A stretch of DNA of 64,000 nucleotides, taken from a virus. Below are positions 55,072 through 63,605 of this stretch, piece by piece (within the stretch, counting starts at the first letter, position 1; each line of letters starts with the position of its first letter). The DNA lies in IMG/VR virus record IMGVR_UViG_3300021420_000028, positions 2,570 to 66,569 of that record. The stretch is one strand, 5' to 3'. The notes beneath the pieces were generated by a model. The model searched no databases and was not told the origin of the DNA. It saw only the letters and a list, made by a program, of their open reading frames with translations. A program made the translations under genes and the position numbers.

Positions 55072-55257
55072 TTAACCCGAGTTTTTGCGGCTACACCCGC
55101 TACAAGTATGCACCCATTCGGTGCCGATCTTTTTTACGCGCCATCCGTCGCGCTTGGCCTGGTTCCAAGCCGAATTGAAGTCCGAGGTGGCGGACTCAAA
55201 GGTCTCGCCGCACTCATCGCATTCGAAGACGAGGTCGCCATTTTGACGGTCGATCAT
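55072..55257 (-). CDS. small Zn-ribbon protein
   Basis: CDECG...AKRDGW...HTCSGC. Confidence 0.75.
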   Translation of the reverse strand: MIDRQNGDLVFECDECGETFESATSDFNSAWNQAKRDGWRVKKIGTEWVHTCSGCSRKNSG

Positions 55258-55694
55258 CGTGGATTCCTACTACGATCATATTTATGGTTTACTTTTCTCT
55301 GGTAGGCGTTCTCGCAAACGCGACATCGCCGATGACCGGTCTTTTTTGCCACAATCAAATTATCGCCGTCAAGGGGGTGTCCGTTTTTGCAATGCGTTTG
55401 CCGCATTTTTGGTCCAGAAAATCCTTCTCCCCGACGCATGTTCTCGCGGTGCGTTACCGGTTCCAAATGATCTGGATTCACGCAACACGGAAGCCGACAG
55501 CGATGATCCAACTCAAGCCCGGCCGGTACAGGGCCTTTTAGTAATTCGTAAATAACGCGATGCGCTCCCCTTATTTTGCCACCTATGTTAACCCGTCCAT
55601 ACCCCAATTTATGACAATACCCAACCCATATCCAACAACCTGAATTAGGTTCTGGAATAATATTTCGTTGCATGCGTTCGGGCAAGCTTAACAT
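55254..55694 (-). CDS. HNH endonuclease (Zn-binding-loop type)
   Basis: SGCWIW..GYG, AHRVIY, LDHRC..PCCVNPDHLEPVT..EN, THCKNGH. Confidence 0.9.
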   Translation of the reverse strand: MLSLPERMQRNIIPEPNSGCWIWVGYCHKLGYGRVNIGGKIRGAHRVIYELLKGPVPAGLELDHRCRLPCCVNPDHLEPVTHRENMRRGEGFSGPKMRQTHCKNGHPLDGDNLIVAKKTGHRRCRVCENAYQRKVNHKYDRSRNPR

Positions 55695-55695
55695 C

Positions 55696-56409
55696 TTAGG
55701 AACGCCTTATATTAACTTTACGGAACCAACTTATTTTTAAACCCGGCGGCGGGCGTCCTTCGTGATCTTCCATGTACCGTCTTACAGTATCCTTTTGAGC
55801 CTGAACCATTAATATATCTGCGCCGTAAGTCGCCCAATTTTCTAAAGCCCAATCAAGCAAAGCCATTCTACCAATTTGTTTTTCGCCTTCTGAATTTACA
55901 TAGGATTCAGAATCGGGGTCAATACCCACGTTAAGCAAATTTGAAATATAAGCCGTTCCTGCATCGGTCGACAAATTTGCCTTGTCGCCGGTTCCGAGCG
56001 CATTGAGCATAGCGTGCAGCTCGGCGTCGATCGCCTCCAGGCGCGCCTTGTGAGGCGCGAGCAATTCAGCGACACGCTTGTTCGCCTCCTTGATCTTGTC
56101 CTGGAGATCGAAGTGCTCGGTGATCAGTTCTTCGGCGGTAGCCTTAATGGGAATCGGGCGCTCGGTGATCAGTTCTTCGGCGGTAGCCTTAATGGGAATC
56201 GGGCGCCCAACAGGCCCATCGTACTTCCTGCGCAACACGGCTCCACGATTTTTTACATTGTGGTGCATGCAAGCTTCGCACATTCGGTATTCGCGATTGT
56301 GATGAAAAACAATATGAGTCGCCACTGCATTGCACGGAATATAGAATCTACTCGATTGGGGCGACGCTTCTTCGCATCGCCCTTCTCCGGCTTCTAGATT
56401 TAGGCTCAT
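55696..56409 (-). CDS. replication-module coiled-coil protein (gene B) with fused Cys/His N-terminal domain
   Basis: TAEELITEH coiled coil, TDAGTAY, PPPGL...VNIRRS C-terminus. Confidence 0.65.
   Translation of the reverse strand: MSLNLEAGEGRCEEASPQSSRFYIPCNAVATHIVFHHNREYRMCEACMHHNVKNRGAVLRRKYDGPVGRPIPIKATAEELITERPIPIKATAEELITEHFDLQDKIKEANKRVAELLAPHKARLEAIDAELHAMLNALGTGDKANLSTDAGTAYISNLLNVGIDPDSESYVNSEGEKQIGRMALLDWALENWATYGADILMVQAQKDTVRRYMEDHEGRPPPGLKISWFRKVNIRRS
56116..56205 (-). repeat. perfect 45-bp in-frame tandem duplication (RPIPIKATAEELITE x2)
   Basis: 56116-56160 equals 56161-56205. Confidence 0.95.
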
Positions 56410-56446
56410 AACTCTCCCCTCTACTCTTCGGCGGTCGGTTTGCCGG

Positions 56447-56647
56447 TCACGACATCCGCCTGCACGTTACGCGATGAAACGATTTGACGGCAAGTTTATT
56501 TATATGAGGTGAATTATCGGGCGCCCATATAGAATCCAACCGCGTGTCAAGAACCAAACGCAATGCTTTTACCGCGTCTCTTTCCGTCATGGCCGCAGAT
56601 GTTGTGATCTCAACCACAACCTTATTTTTCTTTCTGAGATAATTCAT
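56447..56647 (-). CDS. cassette gene, hypothetical
   Basis: Start lies in the repeat, which provides the RBS. Confidence 0.65.
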   Translation of the reverse strand: MNYLRKKNKVVVEITTSAAMTERDAVKALRLVLDTRLDSIWAPDNSPHINKLAVKSFHRVTCRRMS

Positions 56648-56719
56648 AACTCTCCCCTTCTCACCATGTCGAGCATCAGCCCTTGAAGCGATGTCTGGGT
56701 CCCCTCTACTCTTCGGCGG

Positions 56720-57001
56720 TCATGGCTTATGCAACTTATTTCTATAATACTCGTACATTTTCTCGTCTTGCTGCCGCGAGCGTATTGCTGTTTGGCGCGC
56801 TTCCTCCACGCGTTCCAGGCGCTCGGTTGCTGTCTCCGGTCTACAAAAAGATACCGTGAGGTGCTCCCCATCGCTATCCACGGTTACTGATGCGGAATCA
56901 CGATAATTTTCCGGTACGGTTTGCAATAAAACTAAGAATTCGGCAACGCTCCACTTCGCATACCCATAGTTGTCTAGAACTTTTATTTTGATTTCTTTCA
57001 T
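56720..57001 (-). CDS. cassette gene, hypothetical
   Basis: Start lies in the repeat; RPET..E motif and charged C-terminal helix. Confidence 0.7.
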   Translation of the reverse strand: MKEIKIKVLDNYGYAKWSVAEFLVLLQTVPENYRDSASVTVDSDGEHLTVSFCRPETATERLERVEEARQTAIRSRQQDEKMYEYYRNKLHKP

Positions 57002-57014
57002 AACTCTCCCCTTC

Positions 57015-57254
57015 TCACCCCGCGTTAAAACTGGTAATCACGACACCTTCGCCAATTCCTTTTGCCGCCTCGCCTATGTATTTTACGGTCACCTGATCAG
57101 GGCTTTTTGCCCAGCAATCGTATTCGGATCCCCAATCGGGGTATTTGGACGGATGAATTTGTTGCGCGGCTTCAGCAGTTGGCGCAGCAACCACCGCGCT
57201 GTCGTAGGTATCGTAACCATTGTTTACGTCCTGTTTTATAAGCCAAAGTTTCAT
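57015..57254 (-). CDS. cassette gene, hypothetical phage protein
   Basis: MKLWLI.Q..NNGYDTYDSAVVAA...SFNAG. Confidence 0.75.
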   Translation of the reverse strand: MKLWLIKQDVNNGYDTYDSAVVAAPTAEAAQQIHPSKYPDWGSEYDCWAKSPDQVTVKYIGEAAKGIGEGVVITSFNAG

Positions 57255-57316
57255 AACTCTCCCCTCCTCACCATGTCGAGCATCATTTCCGCGCGTAGCT
57301 CTTCAACAGTAATCAT
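57251..57316 (-). other. chimeric mini-ORF MITVEELRAEMMLDMVRRGEL (gene-B-like start joined to helicase-like end)
   Basis: ATGA-coupled at both ends; 21 aa. Confidence 0.6.
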
Positions 57317-58920
57317 AACTCGCCCCTGCGCACCGCATCAAGCAGAACGCCCTGCATCGAAGTGTTGGTTTCCAACCGGCGGAACATCTCGATCTCGGCT
57401 TTGGTAGCAACCAACTGGTAAGCCGTGACCGGCCAAGACTGTCCAGGTCTATGCGCGCGACGGTTCCCTTGGATGTAGAAGCGCGTTTTATCCACGGCAG
57501 TTATCCATATTACCGTATCCGCGACAACGAAGTCATTAATCCCATGGCTGACAGACTGCGCATCGACAATCATTATCTTGAACTCCGGATCGTCGACGAA
57601 AGCCTGAATGATTGCCGGACGGTCGCTGACATTGACCGCGCCGTTAATGACGCCGCATTTCCACTTCTTCCCCAAGGTCGTTTTTAGAAAATCTATAATA
57701 CTCGTCAGCGGCGAAAAGATCAATACCTTTCTTGAGGTCGAGTTGATAATTCTTTCGACTTCCTCGTAACGAGGCGCTGCATCAACTTTATGAGCGTGAT
57801 GTCCATCGTCGTAAACCATGCCAAGACAAATTTGTAGGAATTTTTGCCGTGCTGCCGCCTCATTTATGCTGTCAATGACTTTACCACTCTGCATGGTAAC
57901 CTGCATATCGCGCTTCAACTCTGCCAGTTTTTTCTTTTGCTCCTCAGTGAGAGATACTGTGCGTTGCTGCACGGTAAATTCAGGTGCATCTTTCCAGACA
58001 TCTCTAATATCGTATCGGATAGCTGGCGCAAGAAGTCTGAAGGCTGTGTCGTAACCATCTTTGCGCGGGATCCATTTGAAATTGGAAACCTGAATCATAG
58101 TCTCTTCGCGGAACTGCCTGAAACTCTTTCCTTGGGCGTTGTTGAGGAACTTAGCAAGTCCGTAGGCATCCGTCGGTTTTTGGGCAGTTGGCGTGCCGGT
58201 AAGCATCCACGTGTACGGTCGCCTTCCGATGGCCAGTCGCGCGACCCGATGTCGCTTGGTTTGCGCATCGCAGTAGGCATCGGCTTCGTCCATGACGACG
58301 ATCTTGATTGCCTCGTCCTCGGCCAAATCTTTCGAAAGCCCGTCTAGCTCGAACTTCTTTCGCGTGTGTGCCCCGATCCCAACGCCATCCACGTTAATCA
58401 AAGCAAAATCCGGCTTCTTAGCGAGCAAAGCACGTCGCTTCTCAGCAGTCCCGTGGAGCAGCTCAAAAGAGCGTCGCCCCAGAAAAATGGCAAAGATGGC
58501 CTTTGCCCATACGCTTTCTATCACGTTCAACGGCGCCACAATAAGCGTACGCCAGCCGGGATTCTGCAACATCAAATGATCGGCAGCCCACAGCGCGGGT
58601 AGTGTTTTCATGGTTCCGGGATCGCTTAGATTGAAACAGCGCGGGTGCAATAGCTGGAAATTGCACATCACAATCTGATGTTCTAGTGGTTTGCGGCCAG
58701 GTTCAATCGGAAAATCGTAATTATGCGTCCCTATAACAGGAACTACCGGATATTGCATCCAACGCAACACTTGGCTGTTTTTCAACGTCGCCGGCACGGC
58801 AACGTAAGACCCGTTTATCTGCTTGGCCTCGGGCAAACTCTGCAACAGCTGCGCGACGTGCAAAGGAGATGGCGTCTCGTAGACGAGCAAGTTGCGCGGC
58901 TGGTCGAAGAAAAAGTTCAT
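57313..58920 (-). CDS. SNF2-like SF2 helicase
   Basis: SDPGTMKT (variant Walker A), DEAD Walker B, LTGTP, SHGIN, QGNRRAHRPGQ. Confidence 0.88.
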   Translation of the reverse strand: MNFFFDQPRNLLVYETPSPLHVAQLLQSLPEAKQINGSYVAVPATLKNSQVLRWMQYPVVPVIGTHNYDFPIEPGRKPLEHQIVMCNFQLLHPRCFNLSDPGTMKTLPALWAADHLMLQNPGWRTLIVAPLNVIESVWAKAIFAIFLGRRSFELLHGTAEKRRALLAKKPDFALINVDGVGIGAHTRKKFELDGLSKDLAEDEAIKIVVMDEADAYCDAQTKRHRVARLAIGRRPYTWMLTGTPTAQKPTDAYGLAKFLNNAQGKSFRQFREETMIQVSNFKWIPRKDGYDTAFRLLAPAIRYDIRDVWKDAPEFTVQQRTVSLTEEQKKKLAELKRDMQVTMQSGKVIDSINEAAARQKFLQICLGMVYDDGHHAHKVDAAPRYEEVERIINSTSRKVLIFSPLTSIIDFLKTTLGKKWKCGVINGAVNVSDRPAIIQAFVDDPEFKIMIVDAQSVSHGINDFVVADTVIWITAVDKTRFYIQGNRRAHRPGQSWPVTAYQLVATKAEIEMFRRLETNTSMQGVLLDAVRRGEL

Positions 58921-59261
58921 AAATCCTGCAACATTTGCTCTCGCGTTTGCAAATCGGTTTTGGTTTCGGCCTGTTGTTTTATGTAACTACACAACTCTGT
59001 AATCACCTTGTCTGCCGTCCCCCACAACGCCATTCCGCCCGCCGCCGAGATCGCTTTCATCCGCCGCATTTGCGTTGCGGTCGCGCCTTTCCCATGGCGC
59101 TTGACCTCGATCGAGACGAACTTGCCATCCAAGCAGGCAAGGATATCCGGGACGCCCGACTTGCCGTAGCCGAACGTCATTGGTTTGACGTACCAGCAAT
59201 TGGGCAGCGAATCTAGGTAGCGGCAGATGTCCTGTTTTTCCCACGCTTCAGGGGTTCGCAT
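58917..59261 (-). CDS. VRR-NUC domain nuclease
   Basis: GKSGVPDIL..GKFVSIEVK...T..Q...I..AGG. Confidence 0.88.
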   Translation of the reverse strand: MRTPEAWEKQDICRYLDSLPNCWYVKPMTFGYGKSGVPDILACLDGKFVSIEVKRHGKGATATQMRRMKAISAAGGMALWGTADKVITELCSYIKQQAETKTDLQTREQMLQDL

Positions 59262-59430
59262 CGTCGGGCTTCCTTTCAAAATCCTGACAACGAAACCGCG
59301 CATCGGTCCGATCGCCGTAATTTACCGACGATGACTTGCCGCACGTGCCTTCCCAATCGTTGGCTCTGTGCCAAGGGCCGGTGCAGGTCTCGCAGCAATT
59401 AGGGGGCCATTTAAGCCATGAAGGAACCAT
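59248..59430 (-). CDS. small Cys-rich protein
   Basis: CCETC...GTC...CQDF. Confidence 0.55.
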   Translation of the reverse strand: MVPSWLKWPPNCCETCTGPWHRANDWEGTCGKSSSVNYGDRTDARFRCQDFERKPDDANP

Positions 59431-59438
59431 CACTTTTT

Positions 59439-59615
59439 CTATCGAGAAAGCTGCTGAGATGCTGTGGCAAAATCTGTAGGGCGTGCAACACTCCGCCACG
59501 CATTACGCTCTCGCGTCGATTTGCCGTAGCACTCTTCCAACTGCCATTGACCGTTAGGGCAAGACACGATTCGAATTGAATTTTTCTCAGCGTGATAAAC
59601 TGGCTTCCTGCTCAT
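59439..59615 (-). CDS. hypothetical protein (58 aa)
   Basis: MSRKPVYHAEKNSIRIVSCPNGQWQLEEC...; ATGA-coupled to the nuclease; AGGAG RBS. Confidence 0.45.
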   Translation of the reverse strand: MSRKPVYHAEKNSIRIVSCPNGQWQLEECYGKSTRERNAWRSVARPTDFATASQQLSR

Positions 59616-60331
59616 GTTTTTCTCCTATTGTGTTCACAGTGTTTGACGTCGCAAAATCCGCAAAGAGGACCGGGTCGTTTCTCAAACTGCCCTGTTTGCC
59701 GATCGCGCTCGATCCGCTTGACGATTCCCGTGATCTTGGTCCATGCGTGGCGCGTGTCGGAAAGGTCGTACATCTCTCCGAGGCGGTTTTCTTTCAGCCA
59801 AGTGTAAGTACCCTTGATCTTCGTTAGATGCAGGTTGGCGGCGTGTAGCATGAGGGCGCCAACATCCAATTCGAAACGATCCTCGTATTTACTGGATCCG
59901 GACTTCCAATCATTCATATAAGCGCGATCGCCGTTGATCATGACTGCGTCCAGCTTGCCGCGCAACCACACTTTAGTATTGTCGAAGAAGTCGCAAGGCT
60001 TTCCTTCAACTGTAATCCCTAACTTCAACTCGCACGACAAACTTTTACCTGTAGCTGGCGATTCGCGAATCTTATCAAACGGCTCAGCAAACGGCTCCCA
60101 CTGTGCGAAGTCGGGATGCAGCGGCTTATTGTGCGCGATCCGGTGCTCCATTGCTTCGTGCACCTTGGTACCGTAACGCATTGCCTCGGTCTCAATAAAC
60201 GGAAGGTCTTTCTTTATATATCTGTGAAAAAATTGATAAGGACAGACATTTTCATAACAATTCAAATTCGTGTACGAATACACGAGCCGCGTGCGATCGA
60301 GGAAGGCGGGGAGGGGGCCGGGGTCGTGCAT
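59612..60331 (-). CDS. Cas4/AddB-like PD-(D/E)XK exonuclease
   Basis: SYT.L..Y..CP, GTKVH, RGKLD...DWKSG, C-terminal CGFC...C. Confidence 0.85.
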   Translation of the reverse strand: MHDPGPLPAFLDRTRLVYSYTNLNCYENVCPYQFFHRYIKKDLPFIETEAMRYGTKVHEAMEHRIAHNKPLHPDFAQWEPFAEPFDKIRESPATGKSLSCELKLGITVEGKPCDFFDNTKVWLRGKLDAVMINGDRAYMNDWKSGSSKYEDRFELDVGALMLHAANLHLTKIKGTYTWLKENRLGEMYDLSDTRHAWTKITGIVKRIERDRQTGQFEKRPGPLCGFCDVKHCEHNRRKT

Positions 60332-60332
60332 T

Positions 60333-60518
60333 TCAACCTCTCCAACCGTAATACTTGCAGGATAAAAATTTCTGCCAAGTTTTGTATGCCTTTACGGCGG
60401 CATCGTACTCTGCTTTCCGCGCATCCGTCAGCAATACGCCGCGATTGTGTACGGATTCAACATCCAGATAGTATTCTTGATCGCCTTCATCGAAATAGAT
60501 ACCATAACGCGTTTTCAT
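60333..60518 (-). CDS. hypothetical protein
   Basis: ATGA-coupled to the polymerase stop. Confidence 0.6.
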   Translation of the reverse strand: MKTRYGIYFDEGDQEYYLDVESVHNRGVLLTDARKAEYDAAVKAYKTWQKFLSCKYYGWRG

Positions 60519-62386
60519 TTCGAATACCTCGATCCCAACGATGCCTCGGCGTCAAGGGGCAAACCGGGAAGCCACGAAGGCGTCCGGCACATTTCCAGCC
60601 GGCACAGTTCCAATGTCTCTTCCGCCTTCGAGTTGTCAGGAATCAACAGCAGGAGTTCGTCGTAGGGCCAGTTCAAGCTCCTGATCCCATACTGGCGCTT
60701 GATCCGGATCATGGCCTGGCTGACGTGCACGCGCGACACAAATTCCATGATGTTCTGGCACAACTTAGAGGGCCACATCTTTTTCCAGCCGCGCTTGACC
60801 TTCATCCGCCAGTAGCCGTTGCGCTCGAAGTCGCGACAGTCCTCGCCGACATCCGGCCGGTGGAATTCGAGAGTATCGTACAGCATGGCTTGCCCTGACG
60901 GAAGAATTAACTTGTGATCTTTCACTAAGAATGGCCCCCAGTCCATCGGCGGGCCGCCCGCGAGGCGCGAAATGATCCTTCCGCACTGCGCCCAGTACCC
61001 CGTGTTAGGAGCGCAAACAGCCGGATGACTGTCACGGAAAATTGTCACGAAGCGGTCGGCTTCTTCCAGGCTCATGTCGACCGGAGGACCGTACAAGCCG
61101 GCCTTAGCCGTCTTCTGGAACTGTTTGGCGGCCGCCCCATAAATACACATGAGATTCGCTTGTTTCGAGCAACCTCTTTTTTGTTCCATTTCCAGTTTGC
61201 GAGGGTCGTCCTTGCCGGGCTTGTAAATTTCTTCGCCGTAAAACTCGCAGGCCAATGGTATATAGGGATCCTCGCCGCGACGAAGCCGCTCTACCACGTC
61301 GTCTTGCCCCGCCAGCTTCATCGCGAACCTGAATTCAACCTGCGAAGCATCAACCGGCCCTAGCAGATATCCTTTCGGCGCCAAAATCGAACGTCGGATA
61401 GCGGAACCACGCTTGAAGTTGAGCCAGTTCGCGCCATCGCCTCCCGTAGGCCGGAGGGTAGCAGCGCCACAGTAGCGCAGATAAACGCACAGAGGTCCTC
61501 GGTTAGCCATGTTACCGAGGGTCTCGGCGCGCGTCTGGAGAAGCGTCGACTTGGCGCCGATGCGGGCTTCGGCAAGCGTGCGGATGCGATCGTCGTCATG
61601 TTCGAGCAGCTCCTGCATGAAATCGTCGTTTTTGGCAAACTGCGGAATGTCGCCGTTCTTACCCTGCTTGTATTCGATCTCGACGCCCTCAGCTTCGAGG
61701 AGCGCTTGGAATTTAGCGGCGGATTGGACGTCGGCTTCGGTAATCTTGAGAGCTTGCATACGCTCTTGCTTGGCTTTCGCTTCGCTTTCCCAGAGGTCGG
61801 CGAGCATGCCGGTGTCGGCTTGTAGGACGGGGTCGACGAACATCGACACCAAAGAGTCAATTACGTCCAGCTCTTCTATCGGCATTTGTGACACAAACTT
61901 CTTAAACAATGTCCAAATACTATTTACCTCGTCGCACGCCCCCTCGCCGATCATCTCCTGTTCGCGTTTGGTAAGCTCATCCCATTTCTTACCCTTAAAG
62001 ATTGAATATGGCGTAATTTTTGCCGGCATTCCATATAGTTTGCGGATCGCATCGAGTGCCACGGACTGGTGAATGGGATGTAGAAGGCGCGCCATACTCA
62101 TCGGGCAGCCCCACATCTTGGGCTTTACACCGTAATGATGTGTGAGGATCAAACCATCAAAATTACAGTGCCACGCGAAGATTAAGGTGTCGCTCCAATC
62201 CTCTTGCGAGAGGACATAACGAAGGCGAGATTCATCATACCAAACTGGCTCAGTTGTCGCGCTCCAACGGATAGCAGCACCGTGCGCTTTGAAGCGCGGA
62301 TCTCGCACATAATTTTCTGTCGACATGCGCGACAGACTGTATTCATCGCTGAAATGCGTTTCGTAATCAATACAAATTGCCCTCAT
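60515..62386 (-). CDS. family A DNA polymerase with 3'-5' exonuclease
   Basis: IDYET ExoI, HCNFD ExoII, DASQVEFR motif A, KQANLMCIYG motif B, YDEL motif C; start 62386 is ATGA-coupled. Confidence 0.92.
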   Translation of the reverse strand: MRAICIDYETHFSDEYSLSRMSTENYVRDPRFKAHGAAIRWSATTEPVWYDESRLRYVLSQEDWSDTLIFAWHCNFDGLILTHHYGVKPKMWGCPMSMARLLHPIHQSVALDAIRKLYGMPAKITPYSIFKGKKWDELTKREQEMIGEGACDEVNSIWTLFKKFVSQMPIEELDVIDSLVSMFVDPVLQADTGMLADLWESEAKAKQERMQALKITEADVQSAAKFQALLEAEGVEIEYKQGKNGDIPQFAKNDDFMQELLEHDDDRIRTLAEARIGAKSTLLQTRAETLGNMANRGPLCVYLRYCGAATLRPTGGDGANWLNFKRGSAIRRSILAPKGYLLGPVDASQVEFRFAMKLAGQDDVVERLRRGEDPYIPLACEFYGEEIYKPGKDDPRKLEMEQKRGCSKQANLMCIYGAAAKQFQKTAKAGLYGPPVDMSLEEADRFVTIFRDSHPAVCAPNTGYWAQCGRIISRLAGGPPMDWGPFLVKDHKLILPSGQAMLYDTLEFHRPDVGEDCRDFERNGYWRMKVKRGWKKMWPSKLCQNIMEFVSRVHVSQAMIRIKRQYGIRSLNWPYDELLLLIPDNSKAEETLELCRLEMCRTPSWLPGLPLDAEASLGSRYSK

Positions 62387-62673
62387 ACCGGCACCACCTT
62401 GTAATTGCTCCACCGGCCCTGCCCGCTCCAAATCTTGATCCCCTGAGCACCCAGGACCTTGTTCATCTGATGGACGTGCACGTTGATGATCGAGATCGAC
62501 TCGGCACCGCCGTCCGGGTCGTCCGCATAAACGTGCGCCCTGATCTGATCGCCCGTCACGCCCTCGGGATGCTTGCAGACATAGGCGTATATGCGGCTCT
62601 TTACCGACCGCGCCGAGAACGGATTGTCGGGCGGGATCAGCTGGTGGCAAGTGGGGCAGCAGGATGGGTTCAT
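62383..62673 (-). CDS. winged-helix DNA-binding protein (OmpR C-terminal-like)
   Basis: CPTC, then I...VYADDPDGG...IINVHVHQMNK.L...GI.I. Confidence 0.75.
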   Translation of the reverse strand: MNPSCCPTCHQLIPPDNPFSARSVKSRIYAYVCKHPEGVTGDQIRAHVYADDPDGGAESISIINVHVHQMNKVLGAQGIKIWSGQGRWSNYKVVPV

Positions 62674-62750
62674 CTAAAATAACTCCAGAGGCCCGCAACG
62701 AGCGGAGGGATTGCGGCGAGGGCGAGATGGATCAAGATCCAAGTCCCCAT
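62670..62750 (-). CDS. 26-aa hydrophobic peptide
   Basis: MGTWILIHLALAAIPPLVAGLWSYFR*; coupled at both ends. Confidence 0.45.
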   Translation of the reverse strand: MGTWILIHLALAAIPPLVAGLWSYFR

Positions 62751-62920
62751 CAGAACGGCCTCATCAATTTGTGCATCTTGCGCGTGAGTTCGCGACCCTG
62801 CCGTATGCGCTCCTGCCGGCGCTTCTCATGGCGCCGTTCTAATTCGAAATAGATGAACCAGGAGACGGAACTGGCGATGAAGGCCAAGGAAGACAGAAAT
62901 CCGAGAGTGTGAAGGTTCAT
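62750..62920 (-). CDS. small membrane-anchored protein (56 aa)
   Basis: MNLHTLGFLSSLAFIASSVSWFIYF, then a basic tail; ATGA-coupled. Confidence 0.5.
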   Translation of the reverse strand: MNLHTLGFLSSLAFIASSVSWFIYFELERRHEKRRQERIRQGRELTRKMHKLMRPF

Positions 62921-63051
62921 GGCGTCCCCCTTTTCAGCGACTCGCGTTCCTTTTCGGCAGCGGCCAGTATTTCAGCTAACAGTTTTTCTCCATTTTCGCA
63001 CCAAGCACCCGCATGTTCAACGACATAATAAGCATTCTCGATCAATTTCAT
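62917..63051 (-). CDS. hypothetical protein (44 aa)
   Basis: GGAGG RBS before ATG 63051. Confidence 0.55.
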   Translation of the reverse strand: MKLIENAYYVVEHAGAWCENGEKLLAEILAAAEKERESLKRGTP

Positions 63052-63252
63052 CTGGAATCCTCCAGTTTGGCGAGGACGGCACCACTCGCCGCCCCGCCTG
63101 TCACGCGACCTCAACAAGATGGTCGGGCGGAAAACCGACGGAGTAACCATTCGTAAAATCCAATCCGAACGCAAGTCGGCGTTTCGGTTTCCATGGCGTA
63201 GACTTCCGCATACTCAAATTCCCAACAATCCGATATAGCGTAGCGATCGCCC

Positions 63253-63548
63253 TTCTGGTCGCTGTTGAAGCGCGGGATCATGGGTTCGTTCCACAAGGTC
63301 AGCCGCAAGTACCTGCCGCTGTATGTCGCTGAGTTTGAATTCCGGTATAACAACCGCAATAATCCCGACATCTTCAGCGCGGCTATAGGTCGTTGCTGAG
63401 GCGCCGCACTCGGAAGTCCAAGCAGCGTACTCAGCATCTAAAAATTGATTTGCGCCATGGGCGACGACGATAAAGCCACGATTTTAAGCTCGCCATCGTT
63501 CCGCCAGATGGCATGTTGTTCCGTCCCGATGAGGGGGGCAATTACGCC
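63253..63548 (+). mobile_element. IS1595-family relic: transposase C-terminal fragment (63253-63399) and possible right end
   Basis: FWSLLKRGIMGSFHKVSRKYLPLYVAEFEFRYNNR...* matches the ISXO2-like DDE C-terminus; ggcaattacgcc ending at 63548 is a tentative TIR. Confidence 0.75.
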
Positions 63549-63577
63549 AAATGAATTCGCGCTAGACTGTCTGGGCA

Positions 63578-63605
63578 AAAATAGCACGCATAGCGCTAGT
63601 GTCAA
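63578..63605 (-). promoter_or_regulatory. sigma70-like promoter for the replication operon
   Basis: TTGACA-16 bp-TATTTT with TGC extension on the - strand. Confidence 0.55.

Larger units (their letters stand above)
54865..55257 (-). repeat. 46-bp direct repeat of a gene start (MIDRQNGDLVFECDE)
   Basis: 54865-54910 and 55212-55257, one mismatch. Confidence 0.9.
56406..57330 (-). repeat. array of helicase-3'-end repeats (AGGGGAGAGTTATGA) preceding each small gene
   Basis: Motif ends in the ATG at 57254, 57001, 56647 and 56409; the helicase's own end (AGGGGCGAGTTATGA) gives the ATG at 57316. Confidence 0.9.

Noticed and set aside
56406-57330. CRISPR array interpretation, given the nearby Cas4-like gene
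   Set aside because: The repeats vary in length, the spacers are whole genes, and solo Cas4-like nucleases are usual in phage replication modules.
60515-62698. 727-aa version of the polymerase
   Set aside because: The extension overlaps the winged-helix gene; ATG 62386 is stop-coupled and directly precedes ExoI.
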